Assembly: GCF_009914755.1 (NCBI RefSeq)
Contig: NC_060947.1
Reading direction: 5' to 3' (one strand)
Source: the human T2T-CHM13v2.0 reference genome, Homo sapiens
DNA: 64,000 nucleotides
A program made the position numbers and the translations under genes. How positions within the stretch are numbered: position 1 is the stretch's first letter; each line of letters begins with the position of its first letter. Shown here piece after piece: positions 12,207-26,367 of this stretch. The notes below the pieces were generated by a model, which was not told the DNA's origin, ran no database searches, and saw nothing but the letters and a program-made list of their open reading frames with translations.

Positions 12207-13193
12207 ATAAATTTGATTCTTTTCGCCCATAAATTTGTGATGAAGCACCAGTTTTGGAAAGCTTCCCTGCTTTGGTAGAAATAGCAGATGGCAAGATTCT
12301 GATATCTTCTACTATGAAGTTCAAAGCAGTCAGAAGTGGGCAGCTTGGTTTTTCTGAAATTTATCATTCTGACATCGGACTGAGACCTAGAGGAGATTTT
12401 TTAATGCCATCTGACAGATCTAAAATACATCTTCTAAGAGTACTATGCAAAAGTGGCAGCTGTCCTGTTTGCTTGGCTTCATTGATCCAAACCACAGGGT
12501 TGACAATTTTCCTTCACATGGATACAGTGAGGGATTCTGCAGTTATATGAGGCATTTGAGTCAAGGTGATACTTGCTTCTTGATTCCACAGATGCCACTT
12601 TTTGCCTTTGAGGACTTGCTAAAGAGTTCAGACTTTTCCTACTGTATGTTTTCTGTGCAGAAGTCATGTTGTGTGGTGAGGACCATGGATTTTATTTCAT
12701 TTCTTAACCTTTCTATGCAAATGAGACCTTGAGGCTGCAGAGAACAAAATTATTGGGATGCACAAATCCAAATGGAAATAGGCTCATTAGTTTAGCTAAG
12801 GAGGACACTTGTGTTATCTTGTGATTCTAATGACGTTCAAGCTTTAATCACAACATTTTCGTGCAAAAGGAAAAATACATATATTATATACGTGTGTGTG
12901 TATCTCCTGTAAAATAAAAACAATATATTGTATTAAGGAGGCCTTGCAGCTGTTGTCCTTATAGCTTCAGAAATTTTATTTTTTTCAATATATTATTCTT
13001 AGGTCTGTAGTATGAAAGTTCTTTTAAAATAAACTGTACAACAATTTCACAAAATATTCAAAATAAAAAAGAGGGAGTGTTTGGATATTAATTGTCACTA
13101 AATTTAATAATTAAAATACTAAAAATTTTACAAAGGGGTGACCACACTAAAATTCATATATCCCCAAAGATCTCTTAAAAATTAGATTTTTCA

Positions 13194-13493
13194 GGCTGGG
13201 TGCAGTGGCTCATGTCTGTAATCCCAGCACTTTGGGAGGCCAAGATGGGGGGATCACTTGAGGCCACAGGTTGGAGACCAGCCTGGGCAACAGAGCAAGA
13301 CCCCATCTGTACAAAAATTTTGTAAAAATTAGCTGGATGCAGTGGTGTGTGCCTGTAGTTATAGCTACTTAGGAGGTTGAGGCAGGAAGATCACTTGAGC
13401 CCAGGAGTTCAAGGCTGTAGTGAGTTATGATTGTGCCACTGCATTCCAGCCTGAGGAACAGAGTGAGACCTTGTCTCTAAAAAAGAAAAAAAA
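13194..13493 (+). mobile_element. AluJ
   Basis: Dimeric Alu with A tail. Confidence 0.9.
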
Positions 13494-13794
13494 TAGATAT
13501 TTTGAACATTGCAAAAGCCTACAATCTTTTTAATATTGATTACTTTAGTTAAATTCTTCTCCATTTAATGTGATTTTAGAAGTAATCCTTTTACATCTGG
13601 AAAATGGAGAATAATTTATTATTTCACCCAGAGAATGATAAATCAATCAATCAAAATATAGCAATCTAGAAAGCTAATAAATAATGTTCTAATTAGGGAG
13701 ACCTACTGCCAGTAGGAGTAATAGATAATAACAATACTATTTGCTGAATCATTTTATTTTAGTAGAAAAATAAGCTTTCAAAGTAATTTATTTA

Positions 13795-14094
13795 CTTATT
13801 TATTTATTTTTGAGATGGAGGCTCACTCTGTCGCCCAGGCTGGAGTGCAGTGGCACGACCTCGGCTCACTGCAACCTCCGCCTCCCGGGTTCAGGCGATT
13901 CTCCCTGCCTCAGCCTCCTGAGCAGCTGGGATTACAGGCACCCACCATCATGCCCAGCTAATTTTTGTATTTTTAGTAGAGACGGGGTTTTGCCATGTTG
14001 GCCAGGCTGGTCTTGAACTCCTGACCTCAGGTGATCTGCCCGCCTCAGCCTCCCAAAGTGCTGGGATTACAGGCGTGAGCCACTGCGCCCAGCC
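13795..14094 (-). mobile_element. AluS
   Basis: Full-length antisense Alu. Confidence 0.92.
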
Positions 14095-14144
14095 TTTTAA
14101 AATAATTTACATACCTTACACATGTACACATAAAAATGGATGTT

Positions 14145-14442
14145 GGTTGGATGTGGTGGCTCATACCTGTAATCCCAGCACTTTGGGAGGTCGAGGTGGG
14201 TGGATCACTTGAGCACTTGAGCCTTGGAGTTTGAGACCAAGCTTGGCAACATATCGAGACTCTGTCTCTACAAAAAAATTAAAAAATTAGCTGGGCGTGG
14301 TAGTACATGCCTATGGTCCTAGCTACTTCGGAGGCTGAGACAGGAGAATTGCTTGAGCCTGGGAGGTTGAAGCAGCAGTGAGCTCTGATTGCACAATTGC
14401 ACTGAAGCCCAGGTGACAGAGCAAGACCCTGTCAAAAAAAAA
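14145..14442 (+). mobile_element. AluJ
   Basis: Diverged dimeric Alu with A tail. Confidence 0.88.
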
Positions 14443-15754
14443 GGATGTCAGTGATAATGAGTTGTTTATAAAGATAGAATTAGAGTTCCAGGGATGACTG
14501 GGGAGGTATAGTGTATTATAACCCCTACCATGTGCCCGTCAGGGACTGGTACTTAAAAGTCAAAACAGTAACTGCAGAATTTGAGAGGTGTACAAAGATA
14601 GTCTCTCAAATAGTGCTCAGTTATTAGTTCAGCGATGGTCAGTTTGTGCATAGCTATGAAACTAGCTTATCACGGTAAAAAGTGTGTACGCTTCACTATC
14701 TTGTAGCATTTAGTTTCCCAGCAGGGCCATGCGACACCCAGTGGACATTTCTAAATTGTACATTCAAAAAAATGTTACCACTGGCTGCAACATTTTTTTC
14801 ATTAAACATAAAAGTTGGTCTTGGGGGTGTCATTCAATGCCTTTTCTGCTTCCTTCAGAATTCTAAAGGCTTCCACCACAACTTTGATCTGAGCCCAGTT
14901 ATGAACTTCATACAAAGCTGCAGGGAGGAGCCTGTGTCTGTTGAAGAAAGGCTCACAAGATCCCATGGTAAGGGGAGAGGAGAAGGGGTAATGAGGAAGA
15001 AAGGCAGCTTTCCAGGGGCCGAGTCCGGAAGACCAGACTTGTCAGAGAATGGAACTAGCTTGTCCAGTCTCAGCCCATGAGAGAGTTTCACGCCACGTGC
15101 TATTCTGGTTCTGAACATTGAGCACTTGGGTGACTTGGAATGGCCTCCATCTAAGCTGCATCTTCCCCCATAGTTCCAAATATAAATGCAATGCATTCCC
15201 TGGGTTCCTGCCAGCCATTGTCACGTTTTTGCTTCACAGCTGTCTCCTCCCTGCTCCCCGTCCTATTCATCTGCCCCTTGCTAGACAGGTATTCATGAAA
15301 CATGACTGCTTGTTTATGAATAGCTGGGATGTAGACATGACATACGGAAAGAGAAGCTGCCAATTTTTCCCCAACCAAAAGTGAAAACAGTGCTTGGACC
15401 TAACAAGCATAGAATGTTTGATCCCATAGCAGAGCTGGTGGGAAGGCTGGGGGCAAAATCTGACACTGTCCACCATTGGCTGTAGACCAAAGGGAGGCTG
15501 CAGACCAAAGGGAGGCCGCAGGGAGGTGAGATCATTTCAATCGCAGGTCCCCACCCACTACGAGCACTTCCTCACCCACATCCTCTGTTCTAATCTTTTC
15601 TGTCTATCTCTTATCAACTTCCAACATATGATAACGTATCACCTTTTATTGTTTCTCTCCCGGCTCCATCCCCACTAGAATGCAACTGCTACAAAGGCAT
15701 GGATTTGTCCCCAGTTTCCAGAAACATGACTGGCATGTAGTAGATGCTCATTAA

Positions 15755-16060
<306 letters not shown>

Positions 16061-16229
16061 TAAAGACTTATTAAACACACGGGAAAATGAATGAATGAAG
16101 CCCTCGTTCAGGCCACAACTTTAATAATATTAAAGAGGAGATATTTTCTTTTGGTATTCTAGCTAAAGACTTTTGGGATGAGATGGATAGGGATATTAAC
16201 AAATGTGTGTGTTTTTAAAAAATATACAT

Positions 16230-16880
16230 ATTATGAAATAAAACATCTGGAAGACCTCCATAACTCAATGAACCAATATTCTACAAATGACCCATGTGTG
16301 AAGTGGCAGAATCATGAATGGATAAAAGGTTTGTCTGAAGCTTAAGATAAACCTGTGGGTTTTAAATGTGTAGACTTTAAAAATTCAGTGATAGGATTTC
16401 AGATTCCACACTACCTTATCTTTGAGAAGCTATTGATGATCAAGTTTTGTCATCAAAGGAGAACATTCACAGTTATTTGAAAAGATTACTAAAATACTTT
16501 TTCTAACTATGTATCTTTGTGAGGCTAGATTTTCTTCATCTACTTTAACCTGAACAACATAAGGAATGCTGATCTGAGAAACTGGTTGTCTCCTCATAAG
16601 TCAGATATTAACAAGATTTGTAAACATGTAAAACAGTACACTCTTCCCCTATGAAAATTTTTCTGTTTGAAAAAATATATCCCATTTTTCATAAAATTAT
16701 GTTATTTATGTAAAATGTAGTGGATTTATCTTTAAAATTATTAAATAGTCAAAAACTTCATTTTAATTTTAGAAAATATAGAAATATTAATTTTAATTTA
16801 TTACAGCGTTAAATTTAATGCAATATAATTTAATTACAGAACATGTAGACATTTACAATGCACAAAAACAAAAGTTCCTC
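16230..16880 (+). mobile_element. Charlie1-type hAT transposon fossil
   Basis: 'ggaagacctccataactcaatgaaccaatatt', 'atttcagattccaca', 'tgtgaggctagattttcttcat' resemble Charlie1 consensus as recalled. Confidence 0.65.
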
Positions 16881-16900
16881 TAGGCCCTTAATCATTGTTA

Positions 16901-17245
<345 letters not shown>

Positions 17246-17687
17246 TCACAATTTCTGCTTGATGTTATAAATGATGGCACTTTCCCCCGGAAATCTCTGC
17301 AGTTTTATCAGTCTCCCTCCCTGTCTGACCACCTCAATCCTTTTCTATCTCTGCTGACTCAAAATGGTTGAAGCAATAAAGACAGCATCTGTAACAAGAT
17401 GTACTTAGATTCAGGACCTCTGGGCTGGGTCAGTTTGAGGGCTTAACAATGTCCTCCAGTAGCCAGGTTCTCTGTGTCTTGCAGTCCTGTGTTTCATAAG
17501 TCATCGGCCCATTTCACTCATGGCAGAAGATGGCTGCTGTACCTCCAGCCATCACAGCCTCATCTACTAATATCTGGAGGCCCAATTAGGATCATTTCCT
17601 CCCAGATTTTCTCTTTTAAGAGCAAAGACATTCTTTCAGGGATCAAGCCCAATTCCTCATCCCTGATTTACACACAGCCCCTAACTA

Positions 17688-18143
<456 letters not shown>

Positions 18144-18357
18144 TTATATATTATATATTATTATGTTACTCTTTACCAAAATATAAAATATTGAGATGTA
18201 ATTGTAGTTGTGACCCACACACATACATGTAAATGCATGTATTGCAAATGTGTTCTCTCATTCTGTATTTGTCTTCAATTCTTAGAACCTTTGTCACAAT
18301 CATGTCGTGCAATCAAGTAGCTTGGCACAAACATCTGTTCTGTGCCTTCTGAGTTTG

Positions 18358-18803
18358 ATTTTTTTTTGTTGTTGTTTGAGACAGAGTCTTGCTCTGTCAC
18401 CCAGGCTGGAGTGCCGATCATGGCTCACTGCAGCCTTGAACTCGCAGGCTCAAGCAATCCTCCCACCTTAGCCTCCTGAGTAGCTGGGACTACAGGCGTG
18501 TGCCAACACTCTCAGCTAATTTTTTTATTTTTATTTTTTGTAAAGATGAGGGGAATCTCACTATATTGGCCAGGCCGGTCTTGAATTCCTGAGCTGAGGC
18601 GATCCTCCCACTTTAGCCTCCTGAGTAGCTGGGACAACAGGCGTGTGCCAACACTCTCGGCTAATTTTTTAAAAATTTTTTGTAAAGTCAGAGGGATCTC
18701 ACTATATTGGCCAGGCTGTTCTTGAACTCCTGAGCTCACGTGATCCTCCTGCCTTTACCTCCCAAAGTGCTGGGATGGCAGGCATGAGCCACCATGCCCA
18801 GCT
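18358..18803 (-). mobile_element. AluJ with internal ~140-bp duplication (three-armed)
   Basis: 'ggcgtgtgccaacactctc' and 'atctcactatattggccagg' each occur twice. Confidence 0.85.
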
Positions 18804-19851
18804 GCCTGCCGGGTTTCAATCCTTCCTTTCCCAGCACACATGTAATTTTAAAAAGGTCTTGTAACTAACTCTCCAATAAAGTTGTCCCAGGCATATAAAT
18901 GTCTTGACGTTTTCTTCAAATGCCTCCCTAGGAAAATTGGCACACACCTATTCCCGGCAACAGGGAGGAGAGAAAGGTTTACTCTGAATGCACCCATGAC
19001 AAAGCTTACCTGCTGCCAAGCTCTCCATGGCTTCCTGGAGACCAACACACACAGGAACAGAAGCCCGGCAACCCCCAGGGGAAGATGCCTCCTCCGGGTT
19101 TAAAAACAGAGCTACCCTTTTGCCCGGGGATCATGAGGGTTGCCTTGTGACTTAGTGCCTTATACTCTGCTTTCGGAGCACCAATTCTCAGTGGAACGGG
19201 AGAAACAGGCGGGTGAGGAGGGGTGGGGTGATTTATGGGGCAGAGAATGGTGCAACACCTACCCTTGTTTGTGTTGGGAGACCGAGGCCTCCTCCATGCC
19301 CTAAACATGCTGTTTAAACATCCCTGCAATTTCGCCAACGTCTCTTTCTCTCTGGCTGCCTCAACCCTTTTCTATCTCTGCCAAATCCATGCTCCACTGT
19401 CTCCGGCCCTCCTGGCTCCAGCTACCCCTCCCCAACACCCTCAAATCTCAGAAATGCAAGCAGTGCCTCTCAAGCCTGCGCATTAGGAACTCCTGGAGGC
19501 CTGGTTCACATAGCGGGGTTGGAGGAAGCCCCGAGACGCAGGGTTCTGATTTCAGAGTTCGGATGCCTAAGAATGTGCATGACACAGTTTCCCAGGTGAC
19601 GCTGATGCTGCCGGACTAGGACTGAGCCTGCACATCTCACCCTGAATTCAAAATCAAAAGATGGGGTGAGGGTTCTCGGCAAAACGCAGCCTGAGATTCT
19701 ATTTTGGAGACCCCTGTTCCAGAGAGAAGAGCAGTGCTCCTGACACTTGGTGGGTGGGGCCCAGGGACGCTGCTCAACACCCTGCAGTGCACAGGACGCC
19801 CCCCACAGTCATTCAACTTAAATGTTATTAGTGATAAAGTTGAGAAAGACT

Positions 19852-20265
19852 CTATCTATTGTCTATCTATGTATCCATCTATCCACCCATTCATCTATCA
19901 TCATTTATCTATTACCTATGTATCATTTATCTATTATGTCTATACATCTAGCCATCCATCATCCATCATCATTATTTATTATCTATCATTTATCTAATAT
20001 CTGTCTTCCTGTCTATCTTCATCATCATCATCATCATCATCATCAATCTCTTATCTATTTATCATCTATCTCCATATATGTATGTATCTATGTATCTCTA
20101 TATCTATGTATCATCTATTTATCACCTATCTATCTCTCTATCCTATCTATCATCTATCTGTCCATTCATCCTATCTCATCTATCATCTACCTATGTATCA
20201 TCTATCATGCATCTACTGATCTATTTATCTATCCATTATCTATCAATTTATTTATCATCTATCTA
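19852..20265. repeat. Degenerate (TCTA/TCA)n tract including (CAT)n
   Basis: Visible simple repeat. Confidence 0.93.
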
Positions 20266-20267
20266 AA

Positions 20268-20485
20268 CAGTGGCTTACAGCCTAAGAATGATTCTGCCCC
20301 TGCTCCTACCAGGGGACACTGTGCAATGTTTGAGGTCAGTTTTAATTGTCACTACTGGAAAGTGTGCCAATGGCACCCGGCAGATGGAGCCCAGGGATAC
20401 TGCTCAACACCCTACAGTGCACAGGATGGGCCCACCTCAGAGAATCCAGCCCTGAATGCCACAAACGCCTTGGTGAAAAACTCCA
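20268..20485 (+). mobile_element. MER20-type hAT MITE (related fragments near 19750-19850 and 42340-42500)
   Basis: 'ccagggatactgctcaacacctacagtgcacaggatgg' MER20-like core. Confidence 0.7.
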
Positions 20486-20979
20486 GTAGTAACTTCCATC
20501 TAACCTTGGGAAAGGGATCAGGTTGACAGTCACATCATTCTGAACAGTCCAGGAGGCAGGAGCTGTCTGAGTCTTTTGTAAATGCACCTCTTGTTAGAAC
20601 ACTCATAAGACCCTTTCCCATAGGAGGATCCTCCCTTACCCAGAGCAAGAGCACAGCACTCCACGGTTTCCCTGCTGGAGCAATGAGAAGCCAACACAGG
20701 CCCCATGGAACGAGTTGGCAGCACAAGGCTGTGCAGACATCTGGCGACTATTGGAGCCAACAAGGAGAAAGCATAGAAGCTGGGAGAGTCTCCCCTTCCT
20801 TGCACAAGAACTGAGACTTCCTTGGAGGGGCCAGCTTCATCCTGGCATTTCTCTTCTTTGGGGCTGGCATCCAGAGGATAGAAAACTGAGGTCGTACTGG
20901 CAAAGGGGGCTCTGCCGGGGCACTTCTTGGCTCCTAAGGATTTCCCCAATGCCTCAGGGGCTGGACGGATTTGAAAGTG

Positions 20980-21590
20980 GACCCCCTATGGAAAATGATA
21001 CAGAGATTTCTCAAAGAACTAAAATTTTATCTACCAGTTGATCTAACAATTCCACTACAAGGTATTCACCCAAAGGAAAACAAGTCATTATATCAAAAAC
21101 ACACCTGCACTCATATGTTTATTACAGCACCATTCACAATAGCAAAGATACGGAGTCAACCCAGGTGCTCATCGACAGGTGATTGGATACAGAAAATGTG
21201 ATTTATGTGTACAATGGAATCATATTCAGCCATGCAAAAGAATGAAATTCTATCTTTTGCAGCAACATGGATGAAACTGGAGGCCATTATCTTAAGTCAA
21301 ATAACTGAGAAAAAGAACGTCAATTACCACGTGTTCTCACTCATAAGTGGGAGCTAAATAATATGTCCACATGGACATAGAGAGTGGATTAATAGACACT
21401 GGAGATACAAAAGGGTGAGAGAGTGGGAGGATGGTGGAGAATGAGAAATTACTTAATAGGTACCATGTACACTATTCAGGTGATGCTTACCCTGGAAACC
21501 CAGACTTCACCACAACTCAGTATATCTATGTAACAAAATTGCACTTTACCCCATAAATTTACACAAATAAAATAAAATAAATCAGTAAAA
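20980..21590 (+). mobile_element. L1 3' end (L1PB/L1MA-type)
   Basis: ORF2 C-terminus remnant (...HMFITAPFTIAK...), 'gcagcaacatggatgaaactggaggccattatc', 'gttctcactcataagtgggagctaaa', A-rich tail. Confidence 0.9.
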
Positions 21591-22060
21591 TTGGATATGT
21601 CAACCTGTTTAAAACAAACGAATGCAGAAAAAAAACATGTTGTAATAACATATAAAAATAAATAAAGATGGCTTCTTGATGTTTAATATGCCCTGCAGAT
21701 ATCTTACAAAGCCCCAGTAGTCACGAGTTAAATTCTTGCCTGTAGCCTGCTGGAGGTCAGAGATAGCCTCCACTGTTTATGTACAGCTCTGGCCCCATCT
21801 ATGAAGTAGAGCTAAAAACACCACCGATACCTGTCCCCAAGGCTGAGCTGATGCAGGAACAGCCCTCAGCACAGTGCCTGGTATCCACAGACCATCGATC
21901 ATCCTAGGTATTCATCTAGATCAGGAAGGCCTGACTGTAGCTTGCGTTGATTGCCATTGACAGTTTCGGCAAGAATCTGGGTTCCTTTGCTGTCTCTTTC
22001 GGATGGACACGTGAAGGCTCTTCTCCAAGTAAGTTCACTCATTCGACTCATGCACTCATA

Positions 22061-22298
22061 CATGCATGCACTCACACCATCATCACTCATTCAACTCATA
22101 CATGCATGCCCTCACACAGTCATCACTCATTCAACTCATACATGCATGCCCTCACACAGTCATCACTCATTCAACTCATACATGCATGCACTCACACAGT
22201 CATCACTCATTCAACTCATACATGCATGCACTCACACAGTCATCACTCATTCAACTCATACATGCATGCACTCACAGTCATCACTCATTCAACTCATG
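22061..22298. repeat. 40-bp minisatellite, about 6 copies
   Basis: Unit catgcatgc(a/c)ctcacacagtcatcactcattcaactcata starts at 22061, 22101, 22141, 22181, 22221 and 22261. Confidence 0.95.
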
Positions 22299-22299
22299 A

Positions 22300-23510
22300 A
22301 CTCATACATGCTTGCATTCACACATTCATTGATTCATTCACTTAATTCACTCATGCATGCATGCATGCATTCACACTTTCACTTATTCATTCATGCATCC
22401 ATTAACTTGTCCATGCATTCAATTCATTCATTCACTCATACATAATACATTAATTCCTGAAGTGTATGCAGTCTTCACTCATTCACTCGTGTGTGTGCAT
22501 TAACACACATGCTAGTTTGTTCAGCTCATTCCTGTACTCATACATATTTATTCACTCAGTCATTCGGCCACGTATTCACTTGTCATGTATTCTCTTCATT
22601 CACTCACACACACATCCATTCCTGTATAAATGCATGCCTTCACGTGCTCAATCAATCCTGCATGCATGAATTCACTCACTCATGCAGGCATGAACTCACT
22701 TGTTCACTCACTCATTCATGCACTCACTCATGCTTGTACGAATTCGCTTATTTACTCATTCATACACTCATGCAGGCATGAACTCACTTGTTCACTCATT
22801 CGTGCACTCATGCATGCATGAATTCACTTGTTTACTCACTCATACATGCACTTATACATGCATGAATTCACTTCTTAAGTCATTCATGCACTCAATCACG
22901 TATGAATTCATTTGTTCACTCATTCATGCACTCACTCATGCAGGCATGAATTCGCTTGTTTATTCACTCATGCAGTCACTCATGCATGCATAAGTTCACT
23001 TGTTCACTTATTCATGCACTCACTCATGTATGCATGAATTCACCTTTCACCCATTCATGCACTATGCATGCATGAATTCACTTGTTCACTCAATCATTCA
23101 TGCATTCAACTCATTCATTCACTCATTCATAGATTCATGCCTTCACGCATGCATGCATGCATTCACCTATATTTTCCACACAGTCACACCTCCATTCACG
23201 CATCTATCTCTAAATTCATTCATACATGCATTGGCTCGTTCATGCCTTCAACTCATGCATTCATGTGTGAATGCATTCATTCCCTCCTTGGCGCAAACAT
23301 TGATTCAATGGTTCATTCATTTCCTGGCCTGCTCATTCATGAGTAGTTGTTTGTTCATTCACGCCTCACATGCATTCACGCATACATGCACTCACGCATA
23401 CATGCACTCACCGCGTGCGTACAGCCACTCGCTCGCTATGCATTCAAGAGCTGAAGCCTGAAACCCTCATTTATTCTTTCTTTCGTGCACTCATTCATTC
23501 ATTCAGTTTA
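22300..23510. repeat. Degenerate (TTCA/CATG)n low-complexity array
   Basis: Recurring 'catgcatgaattcacttgttcactcattc' units. Confidence 0.9.
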
Positions 23511-23919
23511 TGCGTGCAAGTACGCGCACGTGCATTTTTCATGCATTCGACAAGATCGCGTATAAGCCCTGCCTTCTCCCTCTGGGAGGCTTCCAGAGCG
23601 GCCTCCACTCTTGCTGCGCGCTGGCCTTGGGCCCAGGGCCTTAAGTCATCGCAAACGTTTACTTTGGGGCTGGCTGATTAAAGGTTAAATGTCCAAACCT
23701 AGAAACCGCCGACTGCCGAAGGGGCCGCGGCGGGCGAGGGGCGGGGCGCGGGCGTGGATCGCAGCCCCCGGCGGTTCCCGGGTCTCTCTTCCCCGCAGCC
23801 GGGGCTGGGCACCAGGCGGCACGCGGGCTTGCGGGCAGGGGCTGCAGGGAGGAGGAGAGGACCCGCGCCCGCGGGGGCTGGGCGGAGGCGGGGCCGGGCT
23901 TCCGGACAGAGGCCAATCG

Positions 23920-23976
23920 CTGCCCTCGGGGCCTCCAGCGCCGGCTCTGGGCCGAGGCAGCCAGAGCGCGGAAGAG
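23920..23976 (+). other. GYG2: Probable non-coding exon 1 of GYG2 (start site approximate)
   Basis: Donor-like GAG|GTGCGG at 23976/23977 downstream of the CCAAT box; would pair with acceptor CAG at 25059-25061. Confidence 0.55.
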
Positions 23977-25189
23977 GTGCGGGGGGCTGTAGGGGGCTGC
24001 AGGGGACCGTGGGCAGTGGAGGAGGCCTGGGCGCGGCGGGGGGCCGGGGGGCGCAGAGGCTGCCCGAACGCCTAGGAGGTCTCGAGGGTGGGTGGCGTAC
24101 AGCGGGGCGGGGGCGCAACCCAGAGGCCGAGGCTGGGGGCTGGGGGAGGGGCGCCGGACTGGAGTGCAAAGGAGGGGCGAGGGGCGCAGGGGGCTGGAGG
24201 TCAGAGGTTGCCCAAGCGCGAAGGAGGGGAGGGGTGCGGGGCGCGGGAGTAGGCCAGGAGCGCTTAGGGGTGAGTGCGCCGAGCCAGGGCACCGAGTGCT
24301 GGGGAATACAGGCCGTCCAGGCGCGGCGGGGCGCGGGGAGACGGAGGCTGCCGGAGTACGGAGGACAGACGGGGCGCGGGCGTAGGGCTGGGAGGCTTGG
24401 GGAGGGGGGCGCGGGCCCAAGGCAGAGGCTGCGGGAGCGCGGGGCAAGGGAGAGGTGCAGAGCGTGGAGGGGGCTCGGGGGCGCTTGGGGAGGATGGGCG
24501 GCAGGCCGGGTCGGGGAGGAGGGGCGGCGAGAGGCGCAGGGGTAGGCCGGGGGGCTGCACTGGAGTGACGAGGGAGGGGGCACCTGGCCGGGGGGCGCGG
24601 GCAGAGGCAGCCCAAGCTCGGAGGAGGTGCAGATACTGGCGTCCGGGAGCGCAGGGGTGGTCTAGGGAGTGGAGAGGGGTGACCGGGGGGCGCCAGCTGG
24701 GGTGGAGGAAGAGGATGCCCAGAACTCCAAGCAGGTGCGCGGGGCGGCGGGGCAGCTGCTGACACCGCTGAGGTCGGGTGGTGTCCCGGGGGCGTTGTCG
24801 TTGCTGGGCGCATGGGTGTTAAGACGCAGCGGGGTCGCAGGTGACTGTGGGGAGGACAGGGGGTCAAGGGGCCCCTGGCCAGAGGGCACGAGGCTGACCT
24901 GGAGCGCCAAGGAGGAAGTGCGGGGCGTGGAGGTCGCAGGGGCATCGGGGGAGGCAGGGGCCCCGTGGGGCGCAGGTGACATGGAGTGGGTAGGAGGCCG
25001 GGGGTGACACTGGCGGGGCCTGCAGCCGAGGGTGTCGAGACTGCCACGCTGTCGCCCCCAGGCCTGGAAATCCACGCGGATTCCCGGAGACGGCGCCTCT
25101 GCTCTGCGGGTTCGTGGCGAGGAAGTCCACCCACTGCTCCCGGGCGCAGGTCTGCAGGTCCGCGCCCACTGCCCGCGGCGCCACTGACC

Positions 25190-25196
25190 ATGTCGG
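25190..25196 (+). CDS. GYG2: GYG2 start exon, coding part ATG TCG G (exon about 25062-25196)
   Basis: ACCATG context, donor G|GTGAGT; phase 1 joins in frame to both 38006 and 38221. Confidence 0.88.
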
Positions 25197-25638
25197 GTGA
25201 GTAGCTCAAGCTCCTTCAGTTCAGCCTGCCTGTTCCTACTGGCTTGGGTGACAGATTGGTCTGCACTGGGGAGAACCCCACTTTGACCGCAGGATTGCCC
25301 CAAACCCCGAGTCTCCCCCTTACTGCCTCGCCCAGGTCTCTCTGGGGCTGGAGGGAATGGAGATACCAGCCTCAGCTGCTGGGAGGGGGTGATTTACAGC
25401 AAGTGAAGGGGGCCTTGGGATTTCACCAGTTTCCTTTTGTAAAATATAGTCCTGAAACTTTCAATGGGCTTGTTTCTTGGGAATAGCATTGAACTGCCTG
25501 AGACTGTCACTGCCTGGAAGGCCGATGGGAAGAAGTCTGTTCTCCTGAAATGGCCCTAAAGCTCTGGGAAGAGGCTGCCTTGAGTTCTTAGAACTCAGAC
25601 CACGGTTTTAATTTCTGTTTCCAGTACAGATACAGGGA

Positions 25639-25940
25639 TGGCCCGGCTTGGTGGCTCAGGCCTGTAATCCCAGCACTTTGGGAAGCTGAGGCGGGAGGAT
25701 TGCTTGAGGCCAGGAGTTTGAGACCATCCTGGGCAACATAGGGAGACCACATCTCTAGGAAAAAAATTTAAAAATCAGCTGGGCATTGCGGCACCTGCCT
25801 GTAGTCCCAGCTACTAGGGAAGCTGAGGTGGGAGGGTCCTGAGCCCAGGAGTTCCAGGCTGCAGTGAGCTATGAGTGCACCACTGCACTCCAGCTTGGGT
25901 GACAGAGTGAGACCCTGTCTCTAAAAAACAACAACAAAAT
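25639..25940 (+). mobile_element. AluJ
   Basis: Dimeric Alu. Confidence 0.9.
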
Positions 25941-26202
25941 AAGAATCCAGGTTAATCCTCCTGCAGGCAGAGGGCTGGCTGGCAAGAATGGCAGGAAAGG
26001 CCTGCCCCCGCCAAGGACCGGTGAGCCCCATCTCCCTGCCCTTGGGTTTTGTGGACATCAGATAGACTGGTTGACTTAAGAGGCCTAGATATGTGAACAG
26101 AGTGTAACCTCTTCCCATAAGAAAGATGCTGGTTCTATTTTCTATCATTAAATCATTAAGACACCTCCTTCTTGTACCAGACCACACTGGATCATTCTAT
26201 GA

Positions 26203-26367
<165 letters not shown>

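Larger units (their letters stand above)
23560..25200 (+). promoter_or_regulatory. GYG2: GYG2 CpG-island promoter
   Basis: Very GC- and CpG-rich; GC boxes (GGGCGG) near 23730-23747 and 23880-23893, CCAAT at 23913-23917; no TATA seen; upstream of the GYG2 ATG exon. Confidence 0.9.

Noticed and set aside
11870-12367. ORFs with FLPS / RKEG repeats
   Set aside because: Translations of the GGAA microsatellite and Alu.
21947-23461. His/Ser/Thr-rich ORFs
   Set aside because: Translations of the minisatellite and CATT array.
23659-25209. 516-aa minus-strand ORF and overlapping long ORFs
   Set aside because: Pro/Ala/Arg-rich low-complexity translation of a stop-poor CpG island; no recognisable domain.
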